This document shows positions 27,101 to 36,200 of a stretch of DNA of 64,000 nt, in pieces. The DNA lies in the IMG/VR virus record IMGVR_UViG_3300042463_000207, positions 3,037 through 67,036 of that record; one strand, given 5' to 3'. Numbering within the stretch: the first letter of the stretch is position 1; every line of letters begins with the position of its first letter. Made by a program: the position numbers and the translations under genes. The notes under the pieces are model-generated. The model did not search any database. It was not told where the DNA came from and saw only the letters and a program-made list of their open reading frames with translations. The stretch comes from a virus.

Positions 27101-27836
27101 CTTCAGCCATGACTTCACCAATGATACCAGCAGTGTATCCGAAGTTCATTAGTGCATTATTGAAGAATGAACCAACCCCACCTCTAGAAGAGTAACCAAT
27201 TGATGTAGCTTCTTCATATGCTTTTGCTTCTTGTAGATCTCCACCGAAGTCACCACCAATTGCTTTTAGTAAGCTCTTAGGACCTGATACAAGACCTAAA
27301 CCAGCTAATGGAAGAAAGGAGTAGTTGACCATTCTTTGAAAGTCATCCCAACCTGTAGTGCCAGCATTAAAGTTAGCTTCATTATCTCTTAATGGAGTGA
27401 AACCAATTTTATCAAATGTTTTTTGGCCAAGTGCAGCATATCTATCATAGTATGCATTACCCTTAGAGCTTGAATCATATTGATAGATTCTAGCATAGGT
27501 ATTTTTATCTTGAGATGCTTTTATACTACTGTGTATATAATCACCAAATCCAGACAAGATATCTTTTGTTGAAGCACTTTTTGGTGGACCGGGTTTTCCT
27601 GGTGAATTACCAACAATATTTTGTTTTACATTAAGCTGTTCTTGATTTAGTTTATCAAACTGTGGTAGAACAGGAGTAAAAGAATCTGGTGTAGGAAAAT
27701 TTATCTCAGGCATTTGTATTCTATCTCCTCCAAAAGGAAGCATAGACTGTGGAGTATTAGGAAGGTTTAGATCTCCATAACCTGCACCTAAATTATCTAG
27801 AGGGCTAAAGCCTTCAGTGTTATTTTCAGTAGCCAT
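21129..27836 (-). CDS. Giant virion cargo/ejection protein (2235 aa) with membrane-like segments, coiled coil and PD-(D/E)XK nuclease domain
   Basis: Gly-rich hydrophobic N-terminal segments, a long coiled-coil-like middle region, and a RecB-like motif set G..ID...GIAGTVDLL...IYDIKT...QLSLY at about 21730-22410. Confidence 0.75.
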   Translation of the reverse strand: MATENNTEGFSPLDNLGAGYGDLNLPNTPQSMLPFGGDRIQMPEINFPTPDSFTPVLPQFDKLNQEQLNVKQNIVGNSPGKPGPPKSASTKDILSGFGDYIHSSIKASQDKNTYARIYQYDSSSKGNAYYDRYAALGQKTFDKIGFTPLRDNEANFNAGTTGWDDFQRMVNYSFLPLAGLGLVSGPKSLLKAIGGDFGGDLQEAKAYEEATSIGYSSRGGVGSFFNNALMNFGYTAGIIGEVMAEELVLGALTGVTGGAAGGVAAVRTASNLSRIGKGFSQAFYMDRFANVLGKSLTSLKNTEAARNFWKAANTPMGRFFNPLSNTFEAVNNVSKISKFDNLTGLAKISKTAGGFYADVRNLNAAFSEGRLEGALVENNMYDRLYNEYWDKNGKAPSDEEDYKMRKMSKEASAETIGWNTGLVYLSNNITFGNIFKPKGGFGRLLEGKTADLMRTAEGRMVIESTKIAGGKAIQAEAKYIQNSWKESIKAFKEAPLQKTLGAVGRYTRANVAEGLQENAQETIAQATENYYVDMYNSQAVKSHLFARAAQTAGMRDKFSYYSDAWGEQNPFTERGFETFATGFVMGIFGGGMNMVPGFVSKSYNRLFKPEKYQEYIDGKNAYGEKLAATLNNNLFKDPINVINQKLLNLAIQEDANKMKGSGSRKLTTDASERAFTSAVITAMMTDSIGAFKEQIASYKNLTEQEFEDAFKLEKGTGKKSLSKIDSVLQRIDEIEADYKENYERYPDPIDLAGYKKGTEAYNKAALYLSAWTTARNNVIFLGQTHRRHKFRMDSMASTVRSEKPLNKMSDTELMVLFDTDRLTSEIGMLKTEIESSKGLVSAAELKKKERVLAAMQDLQDKVEYYYRYDSAELEATISNMREQGMFKNVSDEGVVLDEEEAEARTREILQKRYNIKEKNDQNTTRAESDLELAYKEYLKSIADVRKDEYLEKNADKAFEYILDNYRLGREVSTLNKYINLLYNPNEFLDHVERNYAWMTQAYQNRKQYYDELVNQELSDIELNALLNELADKNVYVSADDIYEFRRNNKIPDEFFDNGRKIVIRRGSPEYDQYAMLFLEAVKLKNLNPKARKDTNEKLGMELMQLAVQEQEELAALPQKEQRKEKGDLDMLGKETVKLSEVASQLQSGDTLTAFYLVDGQPNELIVYRDGDVIRFNDKNGEVIDVPQLSYDIIDGKIFTIEKVPADAIEAQKIKNKYAQKREEAIRNAIADIKSTPQVKTEDFVPFTVNTPLDQLDRGLYTDLQVEFNDFVAEQDKDGNYINKDENGEPLIDVYSRLTEEELLDKFEEFVRTNPKAKEVIENYNKEMQARKLEEQAISIIPPIIDYNGKEMDMAMYTLEQAKEILADLESQYAIRSQKELTDEEKEDLLIDELNIARLRRYIADVEAYGEQAEVAEKEFSSDAEQLAAETAKRKQLAEQALQRRIALVEEKRALIEKEEAEIRDTLDYLQQLLDNTVELSGVQIEDILNKITQLEKTNFQLIKSNSQKKLAAKIRERINAYKGQVRREFAVANEIQNQINIYKAEIEKILIPIKKDLKKQADYYRNLLADPNFDLFTKTDIRNKIKKIEKKMGTIQRLIDILRKAIASSLEYLREYLKIWQTHDKALSKFKNSGYKELSDYTLTQLRGTNDPRLDEYAQNKAELQRLEREINQAMDDVEFIDEVREQETNRMMELEAALQKYQDQLRYLYDLLEPVAGDIIREPISSGDVQSPVPTEVRAQTVEQVFEDEEEKTIISTFSLADIADLDQALSEKAGRPLTAQEQKLDSVRSTIREVLKNASFIKLTEDGTKYINTRTGKEYMRVTSYTKEDEIKDPKLETESMEDYTRRLKDLGYSDKDINNKLLLASSTTLGNAIDDYIRDFFAGKLKDTSKYTFAPVEEIEKLKARLETIKASLDARGEIVLANNVVLYNDELGIAGTVDLLTFDRNGDVRIYDIKTMRGNQFAETYEGENLVKYESKRFGKSKREQHTEQLSLYRILLNNTHGLKARTLAVLPIALDYDAGGNSTRTIDVLSGVEITPQDAVGATAVLIEQQSTSQQVQSSPQAATGIKVVTSIQKDLRNQLNLMGYSDSTINLLPKAEIEYIIKNGIPKEQYANRVVTQPMTDNNGRFWALPGDPITITSITDKGINVSRINGKSSIFITFNQLTSQTEMSTAIKPQAPVVKQTDDTKAVLKESSDLTQEVIKTEINNVEDRIKDAKLEDLETDAFNSKPC

Positions 27837-30800
27837 TTACACGTTGATTGTTTACTTGTTTTGCTCCATTAAAACCTTGGATAATGTTGTCTCTAAGATC
27901 ACTTAAGTTTTGCTTAGCATTATCTGCAATAGTGGTATAGTTACCTATTTGCCATGTGTTAGTTTCTGTATCAAATACAGGGAGACTGTAGTCCATTTGA
28001 TAACTACCATCACCACCAATTGAAGACTGACTGATATCAATTTTATATCTACTATCAGTAGGGTCTGACCAGTTATATGTATTATCTCTATCTACATAAG
28101 CAGCTAGTGGATCTACAAACATACTATTATACATATCACTATTGAATGCTTTTCTGTTCATTATAACAGATAGACCATTCTCCATAAGTTGTGTTGCTTG
28201 ACTTGGAGATAATAGACCACCTTCTACATCACCTTCATCATTCTCTTTACCAGTAAGTTTTTTAATTAATTCTGGTGGAAGTTGAAATATATATGCAGAC
28301 TTACCAGCATTATTCATAGCAATAGGTGCTACACCAAGTCTAAAGTTAAAACCTTTAGGTGCAGCATCCATAGATCTTTGTAGTTCAGCAAGTATTGCTC
28401 TTGTAGTATCATCTGATAGTTTGTTTTCTGCACCACTTTGACTAATACCTCCTATACTTAGAGTAACATTTTTAGCATCTCCTAGATCTTGTGATCTAAT
28501 ATTATTTAGTACTTGACCATAATGATATGTACCCCAGGAACTCTTTGGATTAATAACAGTAAACTGTGCTTTACCAAACATACCTGAACCATCAGAAATC
28601 TTTTCTAATCCTGGTATTGTTTTTCTACCAGTTATTTTAGATACCACAGTTGGATCACTTACTATTTGACTTGCTGCTGTAATAGCTTCTTTATAGTAAT
28701 TACCATAGAGCTTAGATTCAATTATCTGGTCGAGCCAGTTACCTGGTCCAATTCTATCAGCATTTGCAACTGTTTTAGCAACAGTTCCTAATATTTTATC
28801 AGTAACTGACCAACCAGTCATTCCACGTGTTACAGCATCAAGTACAATATTTTTTCCTGTTCTATTAGCAGTTTCTCTCTTGATTCTATTAATATTATCC
28901 ATCTCTTCTTTGGATAACTGACCTGATTTCATGAGTGCTTCAAAGAATTGTTTTTCATTTCTCTTATTACCCTTCTCATCATATAATAGATCGGCTCCTT
29001 TAATACCTTGTTTTGCAAGTTCTTTTTCTACTCCGGTAGCAAGATCTCTCTCAAACTTCTTGCTTTCTCCAAGGAACAACAGATAGTCATCAAACTTAGT
29101 AGATGTAGTAGCTAATTGATCTTGTACATTTTTTATACTAGATAGTTCAGAGTTTTCACTAACAAAAGTTTTAAATCTAGTATTAATGGCCTTCATCCAA
29201 TTAATACCAACTTTATCTGCCAAGAATGTATTTGGGTTAGATTGAATTTGTTTTGCCCATTTGTTTAGATCAGCATACTTATCTTCATTACCATTGATGA
29301 TATAGTTAATCTGTTTCTGAGTTAACTTAGCTCCGGCAGTACTGCCTTCAGTAAGCACTCTCATCATGGTATTGAAATATGGTACAGCATAGTTTTGAGT
29401 ATATCTTTGCTGAACTACTTCATTCTCTGCTCTTAAATTTGTTTTAGATGTTGCAGTACCTGCATCAAGAACTTCTGTAAAGAAGTGAGCTTGGTCAAAC
29501 TTTTCTACTAACTCACCTTTTTCATTTAAGTAGTGTGTTCCAGCATCAAGTTTGTATTTTCTATCATCAAGTTTTTGTTTTAACCCAGCTTTGTATTCAG
29601 CAAGTGCTGCCTCATTTTGATACTTCTTGTTCATCAAAGATAAGTTCTGAGCATACTTTTCATTATTTACTTGATATGGGTTGGCATCCATATCTTGGAA
29701 ATAGTTTCTAAATGCGTACACGTGAGCTGCTTCACCAAGTTTTTTACTCATTAGATCAGCTGCCACACCAGAGTCTACCTTATATCTAAAAGACTTGATA
29801 TCTCCATATGGATTATTCTGATCTGCACCTTGATTACTATTAAAGAGATCATTTTCTTTTTTTACTCTTTCAAGTACTTGATCATTAATTTCTTTGTTCA
29901 TTAAATACTGATCAAGAGCCTTTTTTAATTTTGGATCTTTATTACCAGCATCTATCTGACCCTTAATGTCAGCTATCTTATTATCATAAACTACACTCTG
30001 CTCCTGCATTTGTTTGTAAGCAGCTTGGTTTTTTATCTTCATAACATTAAACTTATCTTGAAGATAACTCATCTCAGCAGCATTCTTATCACCATTAAAT
30101 TGAGCAGCATTGTATTCAGCATAGTTCTTTCTTTCTACATATGCTTGAGTTTTAAAATATGCCTGTACAGATGGATCACTACCTAGTCTAGCTTGAAATA
30201 ATTTTTCTAGTGGTTCTTCAAGCTGTTCACCATTTTTTGTTTTGATTACCCATCTATTATCACCACTAATAGTTACAGATTGTACATCACCAAAGTCTTT
30301 TGCAATTTCATTAGCTCTACCTAGGATGTCTACATTTGGTGTATACTTTACATTAGCAAATGACATTGCTTCCTCATCAGTAGCATTTTTAAACTCTTCA
30401 GTTTTGTACATTATTTCTTGTACTCCCGGCTCCCAGTACTTTTTATTCATCTCAGGATCCAACGAGTTTCTAAAAGAATCAGCACCAGCAAGTTCAGTGT
30501 TCCTGTTTTTAGTCCAAGCCATGTCTTTCATGAGATCTTTATTCTCATAGAAAGGTCTAAACACTTGAGTAGCTTGTCTTACATTCTGCTCAAGAGAAAG
30601 ATCTAATTGTGATATTCTTTTTAGATTAAACTGGGCATCTTTGATAAATGCATCTCTTGAAGCAACATTTTTATCACGGGTAAGCTCTGCATAATAGTAC
30701 TTACTGTACATATTGTTGAGAGCTTTCCAGTTATTGTCATACTGAGTCTGCTTTGTTTGTAAAACATTACCATAGAAATTAAGGTCAGGCTGAAAAGGCT

Positions 30801-30846
30801 GAAACTGTGGTATGAAATCTGTAACTCCCTGTAAGTAGGTTGCCAT
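27826..30846 (-). CDS. Virion cargo/ejection protein (1006 aa)
   Basis: Long helical ORF upstream of the giant cargo genes; N-terminus Q.FQPDLNFY...LQTKQ.QYD resembles crAss-like cargo proteins. No Cys seen. Confidence 0.6.
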   Translation of the reverse strand: MATYLQGVTDFIPQFQPFQPDLNFYGNVLQTKQTQYDNNWKALNNMYSKYYYAELTRDKNVASRDAFIKDAQFNLKRISQLDLSLEQNVRQATQVFRPFYENKDLMKDMAWTKNRNTELAGADSFRNSLDPEMNKKYWEPGVQEIMYKTEEFKNATDEEAMSFANVKYTPNVDILGRANEIAKDFGDVQSVTISGDNRWVIKTKNGEQLEEPLEKLFQARLGSDPSVQAYFKTQAYVERKNYAEYNAAQFNGDKNAAEMSYLQDKFNVMKIKNQAAYKQMQEQSVVYDNKIADIKGQIDAGNKDPKLKKALDQYLMNKEINDQVLERVKKENDLFNSNQGADQNNPYGDIKSFRYKVDSGVAADLMSKKLGEAAHVYAFRNYFQDMDANPYQVNNEKYAQNLSLMNKKYQNEAALAEYKAGLKQKLDDRKYKLDAGTHYLNEKGELVEKFDQAHFFTEVLDAGTATSKTNLRAENEVVQQRYTQNYAVPYFNTMMRVLTEGSTAGAKLTQKQINYIINGNEDKYADLNKWAKQIQSNPNTFLADKVGINWMKAINTRFKTFVSENSELSSIKNVQDQLATTSTKFDDYLLFLGESKKFERDLATGVEKELAKQGIKGADLLYDEKGNKRNEKQFFEALMKSGQLSKEEMDNINRIKRETANRTGKNIVLDAVTRGMTGWSVTDKILGTVAKTVANADRIGPGNWLDQIIESKLYGNYYKEAITAASQIVSDPTVVSKITGRKTIPGLEKISDGSGMFGKAQFTVINPKSSWGTYHYGQVLNNIRSQDLGDAKNVTLSIGGISQSGAENKLSDDTTRAILAELQRSMDAAPKGFNFRLGVAPIAMNNAGKSAYIFQLPPELIKKLTGKENDEGDVEGGLLSPSQATQLMENGLSVIMNRKAFNSDMYNSMFVDPLAAYVDRDNTYNWSDPTDSRYKIDISQSSIGGDGSYQMDYSLPVFDTETNTWQIGNYTTIADNAKQNLSDLRDNIIQGFNGAKQVNNQRVNGY

Positions 30847-30857
30847 ATGTAATTCTT

Positions 30858-30909
30858 TATATTATAAAAATATCAAAATTTTTTAAGTTTAATAAACTTA
30901 AAAAGTTTA
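30858..30909 (-). promoter_or_regulatory. Putative late promoter region with AAACTT/AAGTTT inverted repeats
   Basis: Perfect 11-bp inverted repeat TTTTTAAGTTT-AAT-AAACTTAAAAA (30880-30904) plus TTATAATATA on the minus strand, upstream of the cargo/RNAP genes. Confidence 0.4.
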
Positions 30910-30912
30910 AGA

Positions 30913-33204
30913 CTAGAGACTTATGGCTGGAAACACAGTGTAGATAAAGCCTCCATCACGGAATGTTGTCCCTCCACCAAATCTTTTACCATACTTTATT
31001 TTGATGGCTTCTCTAAGCAAATCTTTGTCCATACCCTTGTTAGCTTCAATGTACTCTTCCATTGTCATTTCTGGTTTAGTTGCAGTAGGATCTTTAGCAC
31101 CCGGAGCTGCATAGACTCTACCACCAGAAGCAGGAGATACTTGATAGTCTGGGTACATTTGATTAAGAGCATCAGTCTTCCACTTATTAGTAACTGCAGT
31201 ATTGTAAGCTTGAGCCATGTTTGCTCTACCAGCTCTCTTAGCATTTTGGAACTGCTGATCTGCAATTACATTTTTGTCATAGACTCTATTAGCCATTTGT
31301 TGGTTCATCAACTGTTCTTGGTTTCTAATACCTACTTGTTGTCCTTCAAACTGATTAGCAATGCCAACATTCTGATTATTAATTCTAGATAGGGTATCTG
31401 CAGCAGCTGCTGCTCCCTTACCTTGAATAGCAGATAGTCTAGAACCAAGAGCTTGTGGTCCGGCAAACTGTGCAGAAGCCTGAGCAGCAATATTAGCTTG
31501 TTCAGATTGTGCAGCAAGTTCTCTTGTAGGATCTAAGAATGTAGGTCTTGGTTCTTCAAGATCAACTCTTGCTTCCCACGGCATTCTTTTTCTAATGCCC
31601 ATAAGATCACCAAAAGCACCTGCAGCATTTACTGTATCTTGCAACCACCATTCAGCTTCTCTTATTGGTGGTTTTTCAACTGACATTTCATCACCGTCTT
31701 CAGTTGTTTCTTCAGAACACTTCTCACAATTACCATCTTTATCTTTACCAACAGTATATGTACTACCATCAGATTTTTTACAAGTACATTCTTCAAGACA
31801 TGGTTTACAGTTACCGTTTTCATCTTTCTGCGCAAACTTACCAGGTATTACATTACCTTGTGCATCTTTACATGGACAATCTTGTGCTGGTGGTTTTTGT
31901 TCAGTAGCAATAGCATCTATCGTAGTTACTTCACCTTTTTGTTCACAGGCTTGAAGTTTTACAAGATTTGTATTATATATTGATGTACCTGGTCTATAAC
32001 CTGCATATGCCAGAACTTCAGCAGCAGTTTTACCATAGTGTCTGCTACCCTTAGTTTTCATATTTCTACATAGATCATTGATAAGATTAGGATTTGAACC
32101 ACCAGAAGGAGCTCTTTGTCTTTCATATTCTTTTCTACCTTCTACTTGACCACGAGTTTCTTTAATTTTATACTCTCCTTGCTCATCTTTTCTTGTTTCA
32201 TAATCGGTAGCTTTATTATATTCTTCAGTACCTACTTTTCGTATTTCTTTAGGTCTTGGAGTACCATCAATTGCAATTGGTAAATCTCCACCCATAGCAT
32301 ACATTCTTCTCCTATTTCCCATATAGTTTTGAGACATACCTGTACCCATTGGCATACCATATTCTGCTTCTGGTAGGTCATAGAATGGCATATCATAACC
32401 ACCCATAGACATACCATATTGAGCCATTGGTGCCATACCAGGTTCTGGCATTTGTTGAGGCATTGGTTGTGGTTGTGCAATAGGTTGACCATCAGGCATT
32501 TGTTGCGGAAACTCTTCTTCTACTTCCTCCATTTCCTGCATAGGCATCTGCTGTTCTTGCTGCATTGCAAGTTCTGGTATAAGATCTTCATCTCTTAGAC
32601 CCATAGCTTCCATGTAGGGTCTAGCAATTAATGGGATACCTTGTGGGAATGCTTTCTTAGATTCTTGTGCTAAAGCAAGTGCACCAAGTTTCATTACATA
32701 GTTCTTGATCATAATCTCAGCAGTAGTTCTAGCTATCTTATCCGAGTTAGGATCTTGAAGTATTTTTCTATAGTTATTTATATCATATTTCTTAGATAGT
32801 TCTGCTGGAGTATAGCCACCTTTCTTAGGCTTTACACCAAACATATCTAGTACTTTAGGATCTGAAATCTTCATGGATTTAGTATCACTATAGATAAAAC
32901 TATCTTCAGGTAATAATAGTGGTACACCACCATTAGAGTGTCTTGGACCCTTAATAGTTTTAAATGATGGCATCTTACTACCATCTAGGTTACCTACTAC
33001 AGTCTCACCACCCTCTGCTTCTAAGTTTGCAGCTGATCTAGGAACAGCAGTTAGAGTTTTAGAAACCTGTGGTTTATGTGTTCCTATATAGGCATTGTAA
33101 TCTGCCCCACCAAATGCAGGTACATCATTAGCAAGAGAACCTTGTACTTGATACCCGGTTCTTGCTTTTGGAACAGACTTGATTATTTTTACTTTTCTTA
33201 ACAT
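30913..33204 (-). CDS. Virion cargo protein (763 aa)
   Basis: The EAEGGETV...GPRHSNGGV...FIYSD motif is typical of crAss-like cargo/internal proteins. Also has a Q/M/P low-complexity linker, a duplicated Cys module and a Q/A/N-rich helical C-terminus. Confidence 0.65.
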   Translation of the reverse strand: MLRKVKIIKSVPKARTGYQVQGSLANDVPAFGGADYNAYIGTHKPQVSKTLTAVPRSAANLEAEGGETVVGNLDGSKMPSFKTIKGPRHSNGGVPLLLPEDSFIYSDTKSMKISDPKVLDMFGVKPKKGGYTPAELSKKYDINNYRKILQDPNSDKIARTTAEIMIKNYVMKLGALALAQESKKAFPQGIPLIARPYMEAMGLRDEDLIPELAMQQEQQMPMQEMEEVEEEFPQQMPDGQPIAQPQPMPQQMPEPGMAPMAQYGMSMGGYDMPFYDLPEAEYGMPMGTGMSQNYMGNRRRMYAMGGDLPIAIDGTPRPKEIRKVGTEEYNKATDYETRKDEQGEYKIKETRGQVEGRKEYERQRAPSGGSNPNLINDLCRNMKTKGSRHYGKTAAEVLAYAGYRPGTSIYNTNLVKLQACEQKGEVTTIDAIATEQKPPAQDCPCKDAQGNVIPGKFAQKDENGNCKPCLEECTCKKSDGSTYTVGKDKDGNCEKCSEETTEDGDEMSVEKPPIREAEWWLQDTVNAAGAFGDLMGIRKRMPWEARVDLEEPRPTFLDPTRELAAQSEQANIAAQASAQFAGPQALGSRLSAIQGKGAAAAADTLSRINNQNVGIANQFEGQQVGIRNQEQLMNQQMANRVYDKNVIADQQFQNAKRAGRANMAQAYNTAVTNKWKTDALNQMYPDYQVSPASGGRVYAAPGAKDPTATKPEMTMEEYIEANKGMDKDLLREAIKIKYGKRFGGGTTFRDGGFIYTVFPAISL

Positions 33205-33213
33205 GATATAAAG

Positions 33214-36200
33214 TTAAATAAATTCTATTTGGCCACCATTTGCCATGTACTCCCTGATCTCTTCATCTGTCATGTAAACTTCTTCTCCATCTTCAAAGTC
33301 ATCATCTACATAACCACCCATTTGTGCAGATCTACCATACCAGGTCTGACCTTGTTCATCCGGTCTGTATAGTCCAGATTCTGCATAGTCACCACGGTCT
33401 CTACTTGGATCAGAAGCATAAAGATTATCAGCAGTAAGGTTATCATAGAAACCTTCCATCTGTTTAGTATCATCTATTCTATTCTTGTATCCAGCAATTC
33501 CGCGTAGTAGTGAATTACCTGCAATTAGTCTAGCCTCTCTTTCACCCTGTGAAAGTTTGTTCTTAACATCAATTGCTAGGGGTTCAGAGTATGTTTTATC
33601 AACTTGGTATTCTTCTTTTTGCATTGGATCAATCCTAATCTCAGTAGGTTGAGTTCCTTTATAAGAAGCATCAACACCATAAGATCTTGTACCATCATTA
33701 TTTTGTTGCGTAACCGTATTAGTTGGAGAAAGTTGTCCCCAATTAACTTGACCCTGTGCACCCTGAATTCCTGAATTTAAACTGATGAGATCTAAATCAG
33801 ACTTGCCCTGCATTAGAGGATTATTAGTATAAGCTACAGGATTCTCACCCGTAAACGGTTGGTTATTTCCACCATTTACAAACCTACTTAGAGCACCACC
33901 ATATTTACGACTATTTGCAGCTCTGTCAATAACATCCCATCTTTGTTGCATTTGTAAGACAACTTTCTCTCTAGCTTTATTTTTTTCAGCAGCTGATGCT
34001 GAACTATTCATAATTTGATTTATAGCTCTCTGAGCTTGAGAAGCAATCCTATCTTTTTCTTGTTGAGCTTGTTTTTGTTTAAAGATTCTTATAGCATTTT
34101 CAGATTCTTGATTAGTTACAACACCATCTTTGCCTGCAGCTTGCATTGCCCTTATATAGTCAGGATCTTTTTGCATACCTGTCATATTAGGCTTATAGGT
34201 ATAGGTCTTACCATAGTTAGGACGTTTTCTTTCACTAGCTTTCCATTCATCAAGAGTCTGTCTTTTATTTTGGTTAGGTTTTACGGATGGTTTAACAGGT
34301 TGTATAACTGGTTGTGCAAATGGAGGATAGTATTCCTCACCTCCACCTACAGGTAGTTCAAATGGATTTACACCAGGTTCAAGTATATCAGCTGGACCAG
34401 ACATACCAGACCATGCTCCCATATCAGTCATAGGATTAAGTTCTTGCAACCTTGCATTGTATGCAGCTTCAGGATCTTGAATGAAATTATAGTCAATCAT
34501 TCCTGGAGTAACTAAAGCAGTATTAGGATCATATGGTGTTGAATCTCCCATATACTCTTGTGCAAACTGAGCTCTAGCTGCAGCATCTTCTTCTGGAGTT
34601 AACTGATCTTCTTCACCAGCAACAGGACCCACATTAGACATAAGGTCTCCAAACCCTACTGTTGGATATGGGACATCTCCTTCTTGAACCATGTCATTTC
34701 CTTCAACAACATCTTCTTGCTGAGTGTTAACCGGACCTTTATTAAAGCCCATGAACATAGGATTTCTCTGTAGATTGCTTTGATTGATCTTTTCTTGTTC
34801 TGGAGATGCAAAGAATGATGGATCTGGACCCATATCTCTTGCTCTTTGTTCAAGTAGTTCAGCTACCTTATCATCTATTTGTTCAGGTGTAGGATCTGTC
34901 TTTAAAAACTCATCAAGATTTGTTTGAAGATCTGGATTAAGATCCCCTCTAACATCTCCCCAAGAAGTAGTTAAATAATCTTGTGCAGATAATTTAGGCT
35001 TTGGTTGAGTATAATCAAAAGGAGCATTCTGATCAATTGCCGTAAACTCTACACTAGTAGGATCTACTTCATATAGTTTTTTAAGATCTCTGTCTCTTTG
35101 TCTTTCTCCTTGTCTAATAGCTCTTTTAGATTTTCCTTTAAGACCAGATACATCAGTTCTATCACCGTAACCTGCATTTTCTAGTGCTTGTTGTTTTTGA
35201 GATTTTTGTGTTGTTTTAGTATCCTTACCTTTTGCTCCATCAAGAGTAATTAAGTTTTCATATCTTGGATCACCTTCAGAACCGTAGTAAATAGTATATT
35301 TTTTAGGTCGTCCTGTTATACCTCTTTTTCTTACATCAATAGCAGATATATAATTACCAGCACCAGGACCACCTTGTCTTGTCTGACCAGTAACTGGATT
35401 ATATATTCTTTGAACTACATCATTTTGTGCACTCCTTGTAAGATTAGCGGGAATAAAGTTTTTAATAAAACCACCACCTTGCATATAAGCATCAGTAATA
35501 TCTTTAGAATTCATATACTGAATATTGTCTTCAGTAAGATCTGGAATAGATGGATCATATCCACCACCTACAAATTTTTGCAATGGTTCAAGTGGATTGG
35601 AAAAAGGGTTTTCAATAGTACCTCCATATTGTAGTACTCCAGCATCTCTAAGTTTTTTAAGATAGTCATCAAGATTACCTGCCATAGGAGCTACAGTAGG
35701 TAATAAAGTTTCACTTACTTTTATATTCTTAGCAACATAGTTATATTCTTTGTCACCCTTTTTAATTGTAGTAATAGGTTGTTTGGACCTTGTATGTTTT
35801 GCAGGATCACCTTTAAACTTAATAAATGATCCATCATTTGCAATTCTGTAATAGTATCCTGGTTTGTCTTTTAAAGTACCAAATGCAGCAGATCTAGCTT
35901 TACCAGCTTCTAGTGCTTCTAGTCTATTTTTATCACTAGAAGGTTTAAACTTACCAGCTTTTTCATCATAGTAAACCCAATTACCAAAAGCATCTTTTGA
36001 ATACGTTGTATTTACACCAGGTAGTTTTTGGTAGTTAAGTACTTTACTTTCTTTAAGTTGTTTAATTCTAGCGGGATCTACAATTTCAAAGTAATCTTGA
36101 CCTACTTGTTTATAGTATCTACCGTTTTCTTTATAGTAATTACCTTCTGGATTAGCTGCAGAATATAACCGTGTTGCAGCCGCACTTGGTTCATAGTTAC

